A DNA stretch of 64,000 nucleotides from Akkermansiaceae bacterium (GTDB lineage: Bacteria > Verrucomicrobiota > Verrucomicrobiia > Verrucomicrobiales > Akkermansiaceae), in NCBI GenBank assembly GCA_051251915.1, contig JBPOGF010000011.1, positions 64,001 through 128,000 of the forward strand. The letters are read 5' to 3'. Under the pieces are notes generated by a model. That model made no database searches. It was not told the origin of the DNA and saw nothing but the letters and a program-made list of their open reading frames with translations. The position numbers were made by a program, and so were the translations under genes. This document shows positions 20,401 through 30,259 of this stretch, in pieces (position 1 is the stretch's first letter; each line of letters starts with the position of its first letter).

Positions 20401-21577
20401 TTCTAATATAAAGATCATTCTCAGGGTAACGCAGTTGGAGTTCTGTTTCAAAATGATTGAAAAGATTCATGCGTGACCCAAGACCACCACCAACAAATCC
20501 AATACGGCTATCCTTATCAATATTCAGACTTGTCGGCACTTTAGGCCCCAGAGTCTTCATCACTTCTGCATCCTTCTTAAGGACAAAATCTGTAGGAGTT
20601 TGCTTTTTCTTAAACTCGTTAAACCCGTAGAAAGTAGGCTTATAATCTCCCTCAATAGTCACATCAACTTTTGCTGGAACCTTCATATCAAGTCCCCAAT
20701 AAATCCCATTGACCACAAGACGTCGAAGATCTTCATCCTCAAGATCTGTAGCTGCTCCCATCGTTGTCGTAAGTATCTTATTCACCTTGCCTGACTCGTG
20801 CTTGTATTCGCGAGTCCAAGCCACTGGTTGCATCGGATCATTCTTACCTTCCACATCTGCAGAATTAGGTTCAAACGACTTAGTCACTGCACCACGTAAC
20901 AAAATAGTAGACGGCTTCAAGGGATCTGCACCATAAACATCAGAAGTGCAGAAAATTTCACCCACTCCATTTAGAACAGCATGCCTCTCAGCACCTTTCT
21001 CCACCTGTGTACGAGTAGCTTCTTTCTTGTGTTTACCATGATGATTCACCCATGTCTCACCCAGAACTTGCCTTCCAAATCCTTTGCTCCAGCCTGTTCC
21101 TGCTTTAGCATTAAATGAATATTTCGCCCATTTGCTACCAGCTCCTACTTTGAATGCATGAGTAGATGTTCTTAGAGCAACCATTGGGACACCACGTTCA
21201 AATGCTGCATTGAATTTCTCAAATGCTTCATCACCCCAGTTCCTAAAACGAATGCACATCACAATCGCATCCGCTGAATCCAAAGCCTCTGGATTCGACA
21301 AACTCTTGGTGTTCGCGGGATCAACAAACTTATTATCCTTATCCATCGAGAATAAAACTGTGCATTTGAACCCTTGCTTCGAAAGCAACTGAGCCATCAT
21401 CGGCATAGATTCCTCTGAGCGATATTCTTCATCACCTGCTAGTAGCACTACGTGTTTCCCGTTGGACTCACCTACTGCATCAAAGACCAAATGGTCTTGC
21501 TGTGCTTGGGAAAGAGCCATGCCACAGGCGTAGACGCCGAGAGTGCACATTCCTATTTTTATTTCTCTTAGTTTCAT
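17462..21577 (-). CDS. PVC-type heme-binding CxxCH multidomain protein, copy 2
   Basis: Same architecture and length (1371 aa) as copy 1; heme motif CVVCH. Confidence 0.88.
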   Translation of the reverse strand: MKLREIKIGMCTLGVYACGMALSQAQQDHLVFDAVGESNGKHVVLLAGDEEYRSEESMPMMAQLLSKQGFKCTVLFSMDKDNKFVDPANTKSLSNPEALDSADAIVMCIRFRNWGDEAFEKFNAAFERGVPMVALRTSTHAFKVGAGSKWAKYSFNAKAGTGWSKGFGRQVLGETWVNHHGKHKKEATRTQVEKGAERHAVLNGVGEIFCTSDVYGADPLKPSTILLRGAVTKSFEPNSADVEGKNDPMQPVAWTREYKHESGKVNKILTTTMGAATDLEDEDLRRLVVNGIYWGLDMKVPAKVDVTIEGDYKPTFYGFNEFKKKQTPTDFVLKKDAEVMKTLGPKVPTSLNIDKDSRIGFVGGGLGSRMNLFNHFETELQLRYPENDLYIRNWCKEGDTPAFRPHPSRKSHWVIPDGKKLVKKEYQSGGGRGHYETPDEWLGRHKIDTVIGFFGYSESFDGLERIDGYKEELRAFIKHTLSQKYSGGTTQLAIVSPAAFEDLSRTRDLPNGLATNRSLEAYTKAMSDVCKEEGVLFVDAYSATKGFYNSTEEDLTSNGHNLNDAGYKKLAPMLANLIYGKKEVEADSEKKEKIHAAVAEKNRLWLLDYKVPNGVHVHGRRYKPFGNVNYPDELTKIRQMNEIRDKALWAANKDKDFDVAAADAKTIALKPVKSNSERPVKYATGKEMESKLTLPKGYEMKLFADEKMFPDLANPSQMAFDNKGRLWVSCMPSYPQYRIGDPLPNDKIIIFEDTDNDGVADKQTIFVDHIVTPMGFEITEHGVFVSLQNDLVLFKDTDGDDKADTREVVLSGFDDHDTHHAISSFCADPSGAIFMGEGTFLHSNVETPYGPVRGTNGGFYRYNPAKGRLERTAQYGIPNPWGIAIDEWGQNFFLHTSGPSFSWMQRSAVKSRYNVNLKAPDLLTKRGVRPTAGLEFVSSRHFPDEVQGDAILCNNIRFLGAKQHKMIPDGENGYKAEFRHDLFTSSDPYFRPVDLEFAPDGSLYVIDWSNVLIGHMQHNARDPKRDHVHGRIYRITYPSRPLVPIAKVDGASIKELLDNLKLPEIRTRYRTRRELRGRNAGEVAAALPKWVAGLNKNDPKYAHHLTEAMWVSWGINKIDQQILEACLNSKEPKARAAATRAVRYNADKLGNAVDLLKKSATDSNAQVRHEAIIAASWMGKSQGLEIVAEFEKKPVNDWSKDAHKYAKAHLEEATIKEKVILVKVPDHLKKSSADVQKSYQNGERAYHHQESCVVCHGANGEGNEAIGVPPLDGSKWVTGDAKLLAKIALHGVMGEIEVKGKKYNSAMAGFNGRVPNKELADILTYVRNAWSNKAGDSLTKKHIDYLQKETDEQSKKGPYKVEDLLKVHTVK

Positions 21578-21655
21578 AAATATTTATTCACTTTTTACCT
21601 TAAAGCTAGCCCTTCTTATACGAATTATAAGAGGTCATCTTTCATTGTATTAAAA

Positions 21656-21684
21656 AAGATGGCAGGGCTAAGAAGGCTTGTCAG
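21656..21684 (-). promoter_or_regulatory. Sigma70-type promoter of copy 2 (CTGACA-N17-CATCTT, extended -10 TG)
   Basis: Matches the copy 1 promoter boxes and spacing. Confidence 0.6.
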
Positions 21685-21918
21685 GTGTAAACCGTGTAAT
21701 CTTTTTAATTAACTGCTACACAAAAAAAACAGTACTTAACATATCTGACTCATATTAACATCCTTCATAACAACCAAAACACCAAGCGATCTCAAAAATA
21801 ATAACATTTTCAAAATAACACCACCCCCCAAACACAAAACTTTACATGAATTTCACTATTTTGCTATTTACTTTAGTCGCAAATAGGCCATGTTCCCGCC
21901 ATAACCAACATTTTCAAA

Positions 21919-23652
21919 ATGATCAACGAACCAATCGACGGAGCCCAAGCTCTAATTAAAACTCTTGATGAACTCGGCATCGAAATCATCTTCGGCTATT
22001 CTGGTGGAGCTGCCCTCCCCATATTCGATGCATTAGAAACTGTCGAATCCAATATCAAATTTGTTTTAAGTCGCCATGAACAAGGCGCTTGCCACATGGC
22101 TGATGGCTACGGCAGAGCCACCGGCAAGCCCGCCGTTGTTCTCGTAACCTCAGGCCCCGGAGCCGGAAATACCGTCACTGGACTTATGACTGCACAAATG
22201 GACTCAGTACCTATGATCCTTATCAGTGGTCAGCAGGTTACTTGGATGCTTGGTAAAGACGCTTTCCAAGAAGCTGACATTTTCGGCATCACTCTCCCCT
22301 GCGTGAAACACAACTATCTAGTAAGAGAAACCAACAACATCCCTAGAATCACTCGTGAAGCATATCACATTGCTACCACTGGCCGCCCAGGACCGGTCCT
22401 CATTGATATACCTAAAGATCTAAGTCAGGGACCATTCACCGGAGATTTAAGTCATAAAGATGAGCTAGACCTCCCAGGCTATCAGCCTGAGAAAGCATTC
22501 GATATCGATCAATCTAAGATCGAAGAAGCCCTAGAGCTCATTTCCCAAGCCCAGAGACCACTCATCCTTGCTGGCCAAGGAGCGATGATCGCTAGAGCTC
22601 ACGAGGAAATGCTCAACTTCGCCACCACACTTGACTGCCCGCTCACAAACACACTATTAGCAAAAGGAATCATTTCTGAGATGCATCCTCTTAATCTAGG
22701 AATGCTAGGCATGCACGGTACAGCATACGCTAATAAAGCAATCTGCGAATGTGACCTTCTCATCAACATCGGCTCAAGATTTGATGACCGCATCATCGGC
22801 CAAGCTGACAAGTTCTGCGCAAACGCCAAAATCATCCACGTGGACATTGATCCATCAGAGATGAACAAAATGATTATCCCAGATGTAGCGATTGTCGGTG
22901 ACGCCAAAGCAGTCCTCGATCTATTCAATGCAAGAATATCTGAACAAAAACACCCAGAGTGGAACTCCCACCTAGATGGCTACAGAAAGAAATACCCACT
23001 AGCCTATAAAAAACAAGGTGGACTACGTATGCAACAAGTCATCGATGAGTTCTGTATCCAGACCGATGGCGAAGCCATCGTGGCAACCGACGTTGGCCAA
23101 CACCAGATGTGGGCTGCACAGTTCTATAAAAATGCTCGCACCAAATCATGGCTCAGCTCAGGTGGAGCAGGAACCATGGGATTCGGATTCCCTGCAGCTA
23201 TCGGCGCAGCATTTGCCTGCCCTGACCGCACAGTCATCTCCATCTCCGGTGACGGCGGATTCCAAATGACACTCTGCGAACTAGCAACAGCCGCCATCCA
23301 CAAACTCCCTATCAAGATCGTGGTTCTCAACAACCACTACCTCGGAATGGTGCGCCAGTGGCAAGAGCTCTTCTTCGATGACCGCAAATCCGGCGTCGAC
23401 CTCGAAGGCAACCCAGACTTCATCAAACTTGCTGCCTCCTACGGCATCAAAGGAATCAACATCAAGCGCCCAGCTGATGTATCTCGCATGGTCAAGCAAG
23501 CCCTCGAATACAACGAAGGCCCAGTACTCATCCACGCAGAATGCATCAAAATGGACAACGTTTTCCCAATGATCCCAGCAGGCGCAGCATTAGAGGACAT
23601 GCTCACCGAGCCACCTAAATACAAAATGGAAAAACCAACCGGATCTACCTAG
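21919..23652 (+). CDS. ilvB: Acetolactate synthase large subunit
   Basis: [52 protein letters not shown] and LGMVRQWQ. Confidence 0.96.
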   Translation: MINEPIDGAQALIKTLDELGIEIIFGYSGGAALPIFDALETVESNIKFVLSRHEQGACHMADGYGRATGKPAVVLVTSGPGAGNTVTGLMTAQMDSVPMILISGQQVTWMLGKDAFQEADIFGITLPCVKHNYLVRETNNIPRITREAYHIATTGRPGPVLIDIPKDLSQGPFTGDLSHKDELDLPGYQPEKAFDIDQSKIEEALELISQAQRPLILAGQGAMIARAHEEMLNFATTLDCPLTNTLLAKGIISEMHPLNLGMLGMHGTAYANKAICECDLLINIGSRFDDRIIGQADKFCANAKIIHVDIDPSEMNKMIIPDVAIVGDAKAVLDLFNARISEQKHPEWNSHLDGYRKKYPLAYKKQGGLRMQQVIDEFCIQTDGEAIVATDVGQHQMWAAQFYKNARTKSWLSSGGAGTMGFGFPAAIGAAFACPDRTVISISGDGGFQMTLCELATAAIHKLPIKIVVLNNHYLGMVRQWQELFFDDRKSGVDLEGNPDFIKLAASYGIKGINIKRPADVSRMVKQALEYNEGPVLIHAECIKMDNVFPMIPAGAALEDMLTEPPKYKMEKPTGST

Positions 23653-23708
23653 GTTCTCACAGTTCATCCATTATCACACATTTCTAACATTCAAATTTTA
23701 AGCAAAAC

Positions 23709-24248
23709 ATGTCTAAAATCATCACAACAGACACACCGGTAGATAATACCAATCCAGACACCACGCTCCACACACTATCAGTCTATGTAAACAACAAGGC
23801 CGGTGTGCTCATGCGCATCACTCAGGTATTTGCTAGACGCGGGTTCAACATTGATTCACTCGTTGTTTCTCAGTCACGTGACGCCCGCTACTCACGCATG
23901 ACCATCGGAATCACCGGCTCATCCAATGGACGTGAGCAAATCATCAAACAAGTCAACAAGCTTATCGATGTCATCCACTGCCAAGAACACTCTACTCAAG
24001 ACGCCATCGTCAAAGAAATGCTCCTCATTAAGTTCCTCGTAGGCGCAAAGGAACGCACTGAAGCCCTCCAAGTGCTCGAACACTTTGGCGGCAAATCAGT
24101 CGACCTCACACCTACCGCCATGACTGCCATCTTCACTGGTGACCCAGACAAGATTGATGCAGCCATCAACATGCTTTCTGCCTTCAACATCGTTGAGACC
24201 GTCCGCACAGGTAAAGTTGTCATTGCAAGAGGCGACTCCCCTACCTAG
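23709..24248 (+). CDS. ilvN: Acetolactate synthase small (regulatory) subunit
   Basis: ACT domain NKAGVLMRITQVFARRGFNIDSL, KQVNKLIDV and VRTG; follows ilvB. Confidence 0.93.
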   Translation: MSKIITTDTPVDNTNPDTTLHTLSVYVNNKAGVLMRITQVFARRGFNIDSLVVSQSRDARYSRMTIGITGSSNGREQIIKQVNKLIDVIHCQEHSTQDAIVKEMLLIKFLVGAKERTEALQVLEHFGGKSVDLTPTAMTAIFTGDPDKIDAAINMLSAFNIVETVRTGKVVIARGDSPT

Positions 24249-24257
24249 GTTCATTTC

Positions 24258-24863
24258 ATGAACTACCTAGCGCATCTGGCATTAACCCCGTCAGCTAACG
24301 GGGCTAGTGCCGATGCCTTACGTATAGGGAATCTCCTCGGCGACTTCATCAAAGGCACCGAGTCATCCCTCCGCCTCCAACTCCCCGCCGATTTAGTCGA
24401 CGGTATCATCCTCCACCGCGCCATTGATAAATTCACCGATGCGCACCCTACATTTTTAGCCTCCAAACAACTCCTCGCTCCCCAGCGAAAACGCTACGCA
24501 GGCATCGTCATAGACATCATCTACGACCACTTCCTCTCCACCCACTGGGACACCTATCACGATGAACCACGAGTTCAATTCATCGCAAAAGTCTACGCCC
24601 TCCTAGACACCAACAAGGAATGGCAACTTGGCACACTAAAACAAGCCTTCCCCATCATGAAATCCCAAGACTGGCTCGGCTGCTACGCCTCCGTCAAAGG
24701 AATTAACACAACATTCCGCCGCGTCGCCTCCAGAGGAAAATTCACAGCCCCCATCGCCGACACTCATATAGATTTCAAAAAGCACTATCACCACTTCGAA
24801 GAACACTTCCACCTCATCTACAAAGACCTCCTAGAATTCAAAGACAACTTCAGCTTTAAATAA
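24258..24863 (+). CDS. acpH: Acyl carrier protein phosphodiesterase
   Basis: MNYLAHL, GNLLGDFIKG, LHRAIDKFTDAHP and DIIYDHFL. Confidence 0.9.
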   Translation: MNYLAHLALTPSANGASADALRIGNLLGDFIKGTESSLRLQLPADLVDGIILHRAIDKFTDAHPTFLASKQLLAPQRKRYAGIVIDIIYDHFLSTHWDTYHDEPRVQFIAKVYALLDTNKEWQLGTLKQAFPIMKSQDWLGCYASVKGINTTFRRVASRGKFTAPIADTHIDFKKHYHHFEEHFHLIYKDLLEFKDNFSFK

Positions 24864-24876
24864 GTAATATTCATCA

Positions 24877-24911
24877 TTGGATACCCTAAAGATAATCACT
24901 ATTCTCCCGTC
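24877..24911 (+). promoter_or_regulatory. Putative sigma70 promoter TTGGAT-N17-TATTCT followed by CCCGTC
   Basis: Box sequences and spacing upstream of the 24926 ORF. Confidence 0.5.
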
Positions 24912-24925
24912 AACTTCACAACATC

Positions 24926-25375
24926 ATGAAAGCTACCTACAAATTCATCACCTTCGCACTAGCCAGTTCACTAAGCATCTCACTCTCCTCATGTGGAGAC
25001 AAGAAATCAGCAGACACCACAAAGTCTGAGGCAGAAAATCAACAGTCTGCCAAAACTCACGACTCCGTCTCTAAAGAATTTATCGCCAGCCTAGGAGAAA
25101 TGAGCGACACCCTCACTAAAATCAAAGATCTCGAATCAGCCCAATCTGCTCTCCCCACCCTCACCAAGATCGGCTTCAAAATGAAAATGATCAAGACCGA
25201 CATGGAAAAGCTCGGCCCACCACCCAAAGCCATGAAAGCTAAACTCGACGAAGAGTATGGCTCCAAAATGAAAGAAATTATGACCAATATTGGCCAAACC
25301 ATGAACAGCCTTAAGACCTCTAATCCTGAGGCCTACGGATTACTAGAAAAAGTCATGACAACAATCATGCAATAA
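24926..25375 (+). CDS. Hypothetical helical lipoprotein
   Basis: Lipobox LSSC followed by an alpha-helical-looking body. Confidence 0.75.
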   Translation: MKATYKFITFALASSLSISLSSCGDKKSADTTKSEAENQQSAKTHDSVSKEFIASLGEMSDTLTKIKDLESAQSALPTLTKIGFKMKMIKTDMEKLGPPPKAMKAKLDEEYGSKMKEIMTNIGQTMNSLKTSNPEAYGLLEKVMTTIMQ

Positions 25376-25382
25376 TACTCTA

Positions 25383-26345
25383 CTAGTTGAAAATCCATAT
25401 CAACGGCAACGGTAGAATTAGCGCAAAATCAGCCAAAACTCGCTGCGCATCCAAGTAGAAAATTGATCGATTCTTATTGATCAAATAAAGTAGAGCTGTC
25501 GAAACCATGACCACATAACACAGCGGTCGCTCAAACTCCGAGAGCTTATACGCCACCAAGTAAACTGCAAAAGCAGCCAAACAAAGTAACCCAGTCGCAA
25601 GGATCGCCTCACAAGCATCCTTCTCGTCCTCCAGATCACTTCTCCTAGATTTCTCCCAGAGATCAATCCCTGTGATATTTAGAAAACACAGCAATCCAAA
25701 CAAAAACGGCAACGCACTACTCGCAAATACGATCCCCACAGTCGAAACCGTCATCATAAAGAAATTCGCAACCCCGTGCCTCAATGCCAAGAAAAAGTCA
25801 GCATCCGAATTCGAAGTGAAATGAAACCATAAATCATAAATCCCCTTAGGAAGCTGAACAGACTCCACCACAATCGGAGCTGCCACACCAAACGAAAAAG
25901 TCATCCCCGCAATAAAGTTCTTCGTATAAGCAATTTCTCCCTTATCAAATTTTCTAGCCAAAATGTACAAGAAGCACATCCCTATCCCCGAAACACCCGC
26001 CGTAAGCAACGCCGCAGAAGCAACGTTAAAGGCTGAGTGAACGCCATACACAATAACACCGATGACGATCGGCAATAAAATCTTCCAATATTTCCAGTGA
26101 AACTGATGCCTAGTACTCATTTCAGCCACCTGGCCCTCATCACGCCTAACATCCAGAATCCTGTCCAAGACATAAACACACCACACCGCCCCTGCTAACA
26201 ACCAATACGCGTGATAATCAACATACATCACACGCATCGACTTCGATAGAATCCACATCCAAATCACTGCTACCAGCGGAGCGTCTAGGCTCAACAAATT
26301 TGGCAACAACCAAAAGGGCGGTCTTCTTGAGGGTTCCTTATTCAT
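25383..26345 (-). CDS. Hypothetical integral membrane protein (remote UbiA-prenyltransferase-like)
   Basis: Many TM segments; NLLSLDAPLVA, YVLDRILD and LADFAL motifs. Confidence 0.6.
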   Translation of the reverse strand: MNKEPSRRPPFWLLPNLLSLDAPLVAVIWMWILSKSMRVMYVDYHAYWLLAGAVWCVYVLDRILDVRRDEGQVAEMSTRHQFHWKYWKILLPIVIGVIVYGVHSAFNVASAALLTAGVSGIGMCFLYILARKFDKGEIAYTKNFIAGMTFSFGVAAPIVVESVQLPKGIYDLWFHFTSNSDADFFLALRHGVANFFMMTVSTVGIVFASSALPFLFGLLCFLNITGIDLWEKSRRSDLEDEKDACEAILATGLLCLAAFAVYLVAYKLSEFERPLCYVVMVSTALLYLINKNRSIFYLDAQRVLADFALILPLPLIWIFN

Positions 26346-26400
26346 ATCTATGATCGCACCATAAGGCGATCCATGAAGAAATCAACCCGTGCAGATTTAA

Positions 26401-26604
26401 TTAATGAGCCTCTTCTTTCTCAGCGTGATCGCCATGATCATGGCCATGCCCTTCTGCGTGCTCGCCGTGTCCTGCATCACCATGTGAATCATGCTTCACC
26501 TTATCTACATGAAGCAACTTCGTGTCTTCCCAATCATGCTTTTCACATGAACTAAGTGCTACGAATGCGGTAATAATGGCTGAACTAAGGATAAATCTTT
26601 TCAT
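26401..26604 (-). CDS. Small His-rich lipoprotein
   Basis: Lipobox LSSC; 11 His in the 48-residue mature part. Confidence 0.7.
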   Translation of the reverse strand: MKRFILSSAIITAFVALSSCEKHDWEDTKLLHVDKVKHDSHGDAGHGEHAEGHGHDHGDHAEKEEAH

Positions 26605-26759
26605 TGCGGAGGTAGAATTAGACTTTTCCAAAATAAAATCAAGACTACAATTTCAATCTAAGAAGAAAAATCCCCCCATTGTTTAATGCCCATTGACCAT
26701 TGACTAAGCCGCTACTCAGGCTTCATCATTAAAAACTTAACAATTGCCACGCTAATTAC

Positions 26760-26796
26760 TTGCACACTCCGCGCCCGCCTCCTAGTCTTCGCCCGC
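26760..26796 (+). promoter_or_regulatory. Putative sigma70 promoter of carA-purA: TTGCAC-N17-TAGTCT followed by GC-rich TCGCCCGC
   Basis: Box sequences and spacing. Confidence 0.55.
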
Positions 26797-26839
26797 AACG
26801 CTGGTGAGGAAAGTCAACAGCGCACACACACATTTTATC

Positions 26840-27991
26840 ATGAAGGATTCAAACACTGCAATCTTAGCACTCGAAGACGGCCGCACCTTTATCGGAGAAG
26901 CTTTTGGACACACTGGCACCACCACAGGGGAAATTTGCTTTAACACCTCAATGACCGGATATCAGGAAATCATCACTGACCCATCATACCGCGGCCAGAT
27001 CGTGACACTCACCTATCCTCTCATTGGGAACTACGGGGTGAACCCAGAAGATGCCGAGTCATCTCAGCCACAAGTCCGCGGACTTGTCATCGGCGAACTC
27101 TCACCCGTCGCCTCTAACTTCCGCTCTCACCAGTCACTCGCAGAATACTTCGCTGAGCACAAAATCATCGGCATCGAGGACATCGATACCCGTGCGCTCA
27201 CCAAGCACCTCCGCACAGCCGGCTCCATGCGCTCATGCATCACCACCGAGCTCACAGCCGAAGAAGCTATCCAAGCAGCTAAGGACTCAGCTCCAATGGC
27301 TGGCTCAGATTTCGTTAAAGAAGTCTCCACAGAGGAAAACTACCACTGGGATAAAGAATCACGCCTCTGGAACATTCCTAGCCCATCACAAAACCGTGAA
27401 GGTCACTACGAAGACCTCCCACCAGTAAAATACAACATTGTAGCCTACGACTTCGGAGTGAAATACAACATCCTACGCTCAATGCGCCAACAAGGTTTCG
27501 ACATCACTGTAGTAAATTCCCGTACTACAGCGGAGGAGATCTTAGCACTCAACCCTGATGGAATCTTCCTCTCCAACGGACCAGGAGACCCCGCAGCACT
27601 AGACTACATCCACGCCGAAATCAAAAAACTACTCGGCAAGAAGCCAATCTTCGGCATCTGCCTCGGCCACCAGATCCTCACCCACGCATTCGGTGGTACT
27701 ACCTATAAGCTGAAATTTGGTCACCGTGGAGGAAACCAACCAGTCAAAGATCTACGCGACGGAAAAGTATCCATCACCGCTCAGAACCATGGCTTCGCCT
27801 CAGACCCTGAATCACTTCCAGACGATGTCGAAATCACTCACATCAACCTGAACGACCAAACGGTAGAAGGCTTCCGCCACAAAACCTACCCTGCATTCTC
27901 AGTGCAATATCACCCAGAAGCAGCACCAGGACCAAACGACGCCAAATACTTCTTCGAAGAATTCGCTTCATTGATCGAAGCCAACAAGTAA
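26840..27991 (+). CDS. carA: Carbamoyl-phosphate synthase small subunit
   Basis: GEICFNTSMTGYQE, TDPSYRGQ, SNGPGDP, GICLGHQ, FGHRGGN and QYHPEAAPGP. Confidence 0.97.
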   Translation: MKDSNTAILALEDGRTFIGEAFGHTGTTTGEICFNTSMTGYQEIITDPSYRGQIVTLTYPLIGNYGVNPEDAESSQPQVRGLVIGELSPVASNFRSHQSLAEYFAEHKIIGIEDIDTRALTKHLRTAGSMRSCITTELTAEEAIQAAKDSAPMAGSDFVKEVSTEENYHWDKESRLWNIPSPSQNREGHYEDLPPVKYNIVAYDFGVKYNILRSMRQQGFDITVVNSRTTAEEILALNPDGIFLSNGPGDPAALDYIHAEIKKLLGKKPIFGICLGHQILTHAFGGTTYKLKFGHRGGNQPVKDLRDGKVSITAQNHGFASDPESLPDDVEITHINLNDQTVEGFRHKTYPAFSVQYHPEAAPGPNDAKYFFEEFASLIEANK

Positions 27992-28022
27992 TCAATTTTC
28001 AATACTCAATATACAATTCAAA

Positions 28023-29294
28023 ATGTCTAACACCATCATTTGCGGTCTCCAATGGGGAGACGAAGGAAAAGGAAAAACCGTCGACTATCTCATGGAGACA
28101 GCCGACATCGTAGCTCGTGGCCAAGGCGGTAACAACGCCGGTCACACCGTCATAGCCAACGGCCAGAAATACGTCCTCCACCTCATCCCATCTGGCATCC
28201 TCTGGGATGGCAAAATCAATGTCATCGGAAACGGAGTAGTCATGGACCCAGTTGGACTATGTAAGGAAATTTCATCACTAGAAGAACAAGGCGTCTCAGT
28301 AACACCTGAAAAACTCTTCATCTCTGACCGCGCCCACGTAGTACTACCCTACCACTGTGAACTAGATGCAGCACGTGAAGCAGCACTCGGCGAGAATAAG
28401 ATCGGCACCACCAAGCGCGGTATCGGTCCTACATATGCTGACAAAGCAAACCGCATCGGCCTTAGACTAGCAGACTTCCAAGACGAAGCCACAGCACGCA
28501 AACTCATCGACATCCGTCTAGAAGAAGCCAACGAGCTCCTCACCAGACACGGACTCCCTACCTTCACAACCGACCAAGTGCTAGAGACCGTGATGCCTGC
28601 CATCAAACGTCTCCTACCACACGTCACCAACGTCATCCCATTACTCCACAAAGCATGGAAAGACGGCAAAACAATCCTCTTCGAAGGCGCCCAAGGCTCA
28701 CTCCTAGACATCGACTTCGGCACCTACCCATTTGTCACCTCATCTAACACCACCGCAGGTGGAGCCTGCACAGGTTGCGGACTCCCGCCCCACGCAGTGG
28801 AAAAAGTAGTCGGCGTATGCAAAGCCTACACCACTCGCGTAGGCGCTGGACCTATGCCCACCCTCGATGAAGAACTCTCAGATTTCTTCCACGATCGCGG
28901 CATGGAATTCGGAGCCACCACCGGCCGTCCACGTAGCTGCGGCTGGCTAGACACCGTCCTCCTCAGACTTGCAGTCATGGTAAATGGAGTCACAGACCTA
29001 GCCGTCACCATCCTCGATGGACTTGACGAACGCAAAACCCTCAAAATCTGCACAGCTTACGATGTAGAAGGAACCATCCACGAGTTCCCACCTGCATCCA
29101 GAGCCGACTGGGACAAAGCCGTCCCCGTCTATGAAGAACTCCCAGGCTGGGAAAGCGACACCACTAAAGCACGCTCATGGGACGAACTCCCAGAGAATGC
29201 CAAAGCCTATCTCACCAGACTATCCGAGCTCGTAGGAGCACCCATCTCCTACGTTGGAAATGGACCAGAAAGAGAACAAACGATCATCGTTTAA
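28023..29294 (+). CDS. purA: Adenylosuccinate synthetase
   Basis: QWGDEGKGK, GGNNAGHT, IGTTKRGIGP, EGAQG, GTYPFVTSS and GATTGRPR. Confidence 0.98.
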   Translation: MSNTIICGLQWGDEGKGKTVDYLMETADIVARGQGGNNAGHTVIANGQKYVLHLIPSGILWDGKINVIGNGVVMDPVGLCKEISSLEEQGVSVTPEKLFISDRAHVVLPYHCELDAAREAALGENKIGTTKRGIGPTYADKANRIGLRLADFQDEATARKLIDIRLEEANELLTRHGLPTFTTDQVLETVMPAIKRLLPHVTNVIPLLHKAWKDGKTILFEGAQGSLLDIDFGTYPFVTSSNTTAGGACTGCGLPPHAVEKVVGVCKAYTTRVGAGPMPTLDEELSDFFHDRGMEFGATTGRPRSCGWLDTVLLRLAVMVNGVTDLAVTILDGLDERKTLKICTAYDVEGTIHEFPPASRADWDKAVPVYEELPGWESDTTKARSWDELPENAKAYLTRLSELVGAPISYVGNGPEREQTIIV

Positions 29295-29311
29295 AACCAA
29301 CCCAATAACCA

Positions 29312-30232
29312 ATGAAAAAACTCATCACAAAGTCTATCGTTGCCTCACTAGCTCTCGGCTCATGGGCAATCGCACAAGAAGCGTCTCCCGCTGGAGCACC
29401 TGCACCAGCTCCAGAAATGGTCCAAAGCCCAGAAGAACTAGCTCCCCCTACCATCGAGGAAATCAGAGAAACATTCCCAAGCGCTAAGCCCGCAGGAGAA
29501 ACAGGAGAAATAAGCTCTCACGCTAGCATCCAAGTTCAAGACAATCAGCTATTCTTCGGAGGGTCCGACACCTCTAAGCTGATGAAAATCTACGGAAACC
29601 TACCTGAAAGCTATGATGGAGCCATCGTAGCCGATGATGAATCCTACATCATCACCTTCCAGTTCGAAGACTCAGGATATGTTAAAGACGATGAAAAAGA
29701 CGAACTCGATGCTGACGACCTCCTCCAAACCTTCAAAGACGCTCAAGTAGAAGCCAACAAAGCACGTATAGAAGCTGGTCTCGACACCAACACCATCGTC
29801 GGCTGGGCCACTGAGCCAAACTACAACGAATCTACCAACAACCTCGAATGGGCAATCATCGCCGAAGGCAGTGACGGCACACAATTCGTCAATCACCAGA
29901 TCAAACTACTCGGTCGCAAAGGAGTCATGGATGCCGTTCTTATCTGTGAGCCATCTCAGCTTGAAGCTCTCCGCCCTACACTAGACAAAACCCTAGCAGG
30001 CTTTGAATACGCAGACGGAAACAAATATGCCGAGTTCCAAGAAGGTGACAAAATCGCTGAATACGGCCTCAAAGGACTCATCGTAGGAGGTGGACTCCTA
30101 GCCGCTGGTAAACTAGGTTTCTTCGCTCTAATCGGAAAATTCTTCAAACAAATCGTAATCGGAGTCGTTGCTGTAGGCGCATTCTTCGTGAAGATGAAAA
30201 ACAAAATCTTCGGTTCAAAAGAAGCACAGTAA
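29312..30232 (+). CDS. DUF2167 domain membrane-anchored protein
   Basis: Signal peptide; GYVKDDE, GWATEPNY, LLGRKG and GDKIAEYGLKGLIVGG; C-terminal TM segment. Confidence 0.85.
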   Translation: MKKLITKSIVASLALGSWAIAQEASPAGAPAPAPEMVQSPEELAPPTIEEIRETFPSAKPAGETGEISSHASIQVQDNQLFFGGSDTSKLMKIYGNLPESYDGAIVADDESYIITFQFEDSGYVKDDEKDELDADDLLQTFKDAQVEANKARIEAGLDTNTIVGWATEPNYNESTNNLEWAIIAEGSDGTQFVNHQIKLLGRKGVMDAVLICEPSQLEALRPTLDKTLAGFEYADGNKYAEFQEGDKIAEYGLKGLIVGGGLLAAGKLGFFALIGKFFKQIVIGVVAVGAFFVKMKNKIFGSKEAQ

Positions 30233-30259
30233 TCCACTAGCTAGCCTAGCAACAACCAC

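Larger units (their letters stand above)
12905..21695. repeat. Tandem duplication of a ~4.3-4.5 kb transcription unit (copy 1 ~12905-17210, copy 2 ~17388-21695)
   Basis: Two 4116-nt paralogous ORFs with homologous terminators, 5' leaders and promoter boxes. Confidence 0.9.

Noticed and set aside
26674..26706. CCATTG repeated three times between the His-rich gene and carA
   Set aside because: Irregular spacing and short length, compatible with chance.
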